64,000 bases of DNA from Euglena gracilis. Lineage: Eukaryota. This document shows positions 52,496 through 64,000 of this stretch, piece by piece. Location: positions 9,240,634 through 9,304,633 of the forward strand of contig CP154954.1 of the NCBI GenBank assembly GCA_039621445.1, read 5' to 3'. The notes under the pieces are model-generated. The model was not told the origin of the DNA. It ran no database searches and worked only from the letters and a program-made list of their open reading frames with translations. Made by a program: the position numbers and the translations under genes. Every line of letters starts with the position of its first letter. Position 1 is the stretch's first letter.

Positions 52496-53130
52496 GTGTG
52501 TATATTGATGTATTACCAACAAACTGCCTGCGGCATCTTAAATGAACAGTTTGTGTTCTTGCTCACACACACACACACAAACAAATATATGTGTGTGTGT
52601 ATATATACATATATATGTATGTATATGTGTGTGTACATATCCATATACATATGCATGCACATATATACATATATATAGATAGATACATATATACATATAT
52701 ATACATATATATACATATATATATATGTATTGCATGAAACCAAAGTTCAATAGATGCATTGGGTACGCCCGTGGAAGCTCCAAGCATGTCAGGGTGGGCA
52801 TCAAAGAATCATCAAGCACTTTTCAGACCCTAACGCGAAAGTCCCAAATTCAAATGTTGGAGAAGCTAATCCCAAAAGTATTTTTATTCAATTATTTATC
52901 CTTTTATTTTTACTATTTATTTTTATCCCAGAATCATACATCTTTAAAGAAGTAGTTTTCAATAAGAATAGTTTTCAATAAGAAGACTTTCAAATTTGGG
53001 TGAATTATAGTCAGCATTGGATACAGGTGGGATATTACTTTTCGGAGGACACGTTAGAGAGTACACGGTCGGAGGAAGATTTACCCGGAGGACAGTATGA
53101 CAAAATACCTTCCAAGGAAACTGCTGTTTT

Positions 53131-53423
53131 GAGCGCGCGAGCGCACACAGCACACAGCACACACACACACACACACACACTCATTCACGCACGCACGCGC
53201 ACACACACACACACACACACGCACGCACGCACACACACACACACACAGCACACACACACACACACGCACGCACGCACACACACACACACACAGCACACAC
53301 AGCACACACACACACACACACACAGCACGCACACACCCGCACGCGCGCACACGCACGCACGCACGCACGCATGCACACACGCTAGCATGCACATACACAC
53401 GCACACACACACACACACACACA
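53131..53423. repeat. (CA)n/(CACG)n microsatellite
   Basis: Direct inspection. Confidence 0.95.
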
Positions 53424-53530
53424 CCAATACAACCCAGAACCGCCAAAACTCGTTGGAAGACAGAGAGCCAGAACAGAGAACACAAGGTGCAAGGCAATTT
53501 CCCAAGGAGGGCAGAGGCAATGTCCTGGTG

Positions 53531-63415
<9,885 letters not shown>

Positions 63416-63511
63416 GGGAACAGGCCCGACAGTTCCCGAAACACAGCTTCCCACCAGACCCCTCCGCTTCGCTGATCTCCAGAACTTCTGAAATACCGAC
63501 AGGGTCTGGCA

Positions 63512-63691
63512 AATACCATTGATCACCGACCTGTCACTTTCCACCAGCAAGTGGCTTTTCAAAAACCAGTCACCCACTTCCTCCCCCCCCCAGGAGGGTT
63601 GGTTGCTTTGAACACTCAGGAGGGGGGTTCAGAGCCAAAGCCAGACAGTCACCCCTCGGGTGGGCTCGGGCATACCTTAAGAAATGGTATG
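63512..63691. mobile_element. hAT-like MITE, same family as 61037-61383
   Basis: Ends AATACCATT/AATGGTATG. Perfect TSD GTCTGGCA at 63504-63511 and 63692-63699. Confidence 0.8.
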
Positions 63692-64000
63692 GTCTGGCAG
63701 GGTTCAACATGGGGCACTAACTTGCTTATTTGAAATGCAACCTCCCACAAAAGCCTCCCTGGCCAAGATCTACCCACTCCCCCTGTGACAAGTTGGCATC
63801 CAAGATTGCGCCTGCCAACATGGGTGACAAACTGGCATACAAAGTGGTAAAGTGTTGAGGGCCGAAACAATTGTGGATGAGAGAGCATGGATGAACAGGC
63901 GAACCGATGTAAACTGTCCCACTGACAGGTTGGCTGGTACTGGGAACCCGGACGACTTCCTATCATGACAGGTTGGCCAGTGCCAAGGACCCTGAAAGTT

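Overview
This is eukaryotic nuclear DNA, very probably from a euglenid; that assignment is inferred from intron structure, not from a database search. Almost all ORFs in the supplied track are spurious. The real genes lie on the minus strand as short GC-rich exons (about 21-184 nt) separated mostly by non-GT-AG, stem-forming euglenid-type 'non-conventional' introns. I assembled by hand: (1) 17 in-frame exons of an EHD/sarcalumenin-like dynamin-superfamily ATPase with a Pro/Tyr-rich tail and no recognisable EH domain (63415 to 53531, probably continuing to about 47.8 kb; its 5' end lies outside the window); (2) an ABHD13/BEM46-like alpha/beta hydrolase (about 35.5 kb to 25.5 kb); (3) a poorly resolved membrane-protein gene (about 46.4 kb to 37.9 kb); (4) an EF-hand exon near 5.3 kb; and (5) a decayed Ty3/gypsy pol region at 3.05-4.56 kb. 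The introns contain many MITEs in two classes: CA(G/T/A)-ended elements with 8-bp target-site duplications (hAT-like) and poly-C/poly-G-ended elements flanked by TA. Main observation: one intron of the EHD gene (56510-56672) is exactly a hAT-like MITE plus one 8-bp TSD, split 3+5 nt, and the same TIR family occurs as an ordinary insertion at 25712-26940. The 3+5 geometry and CAG...CTG motif of non-conventional introns therefore match hAT termini plus TSD, suggesting that hAT MITEs generate these introns.
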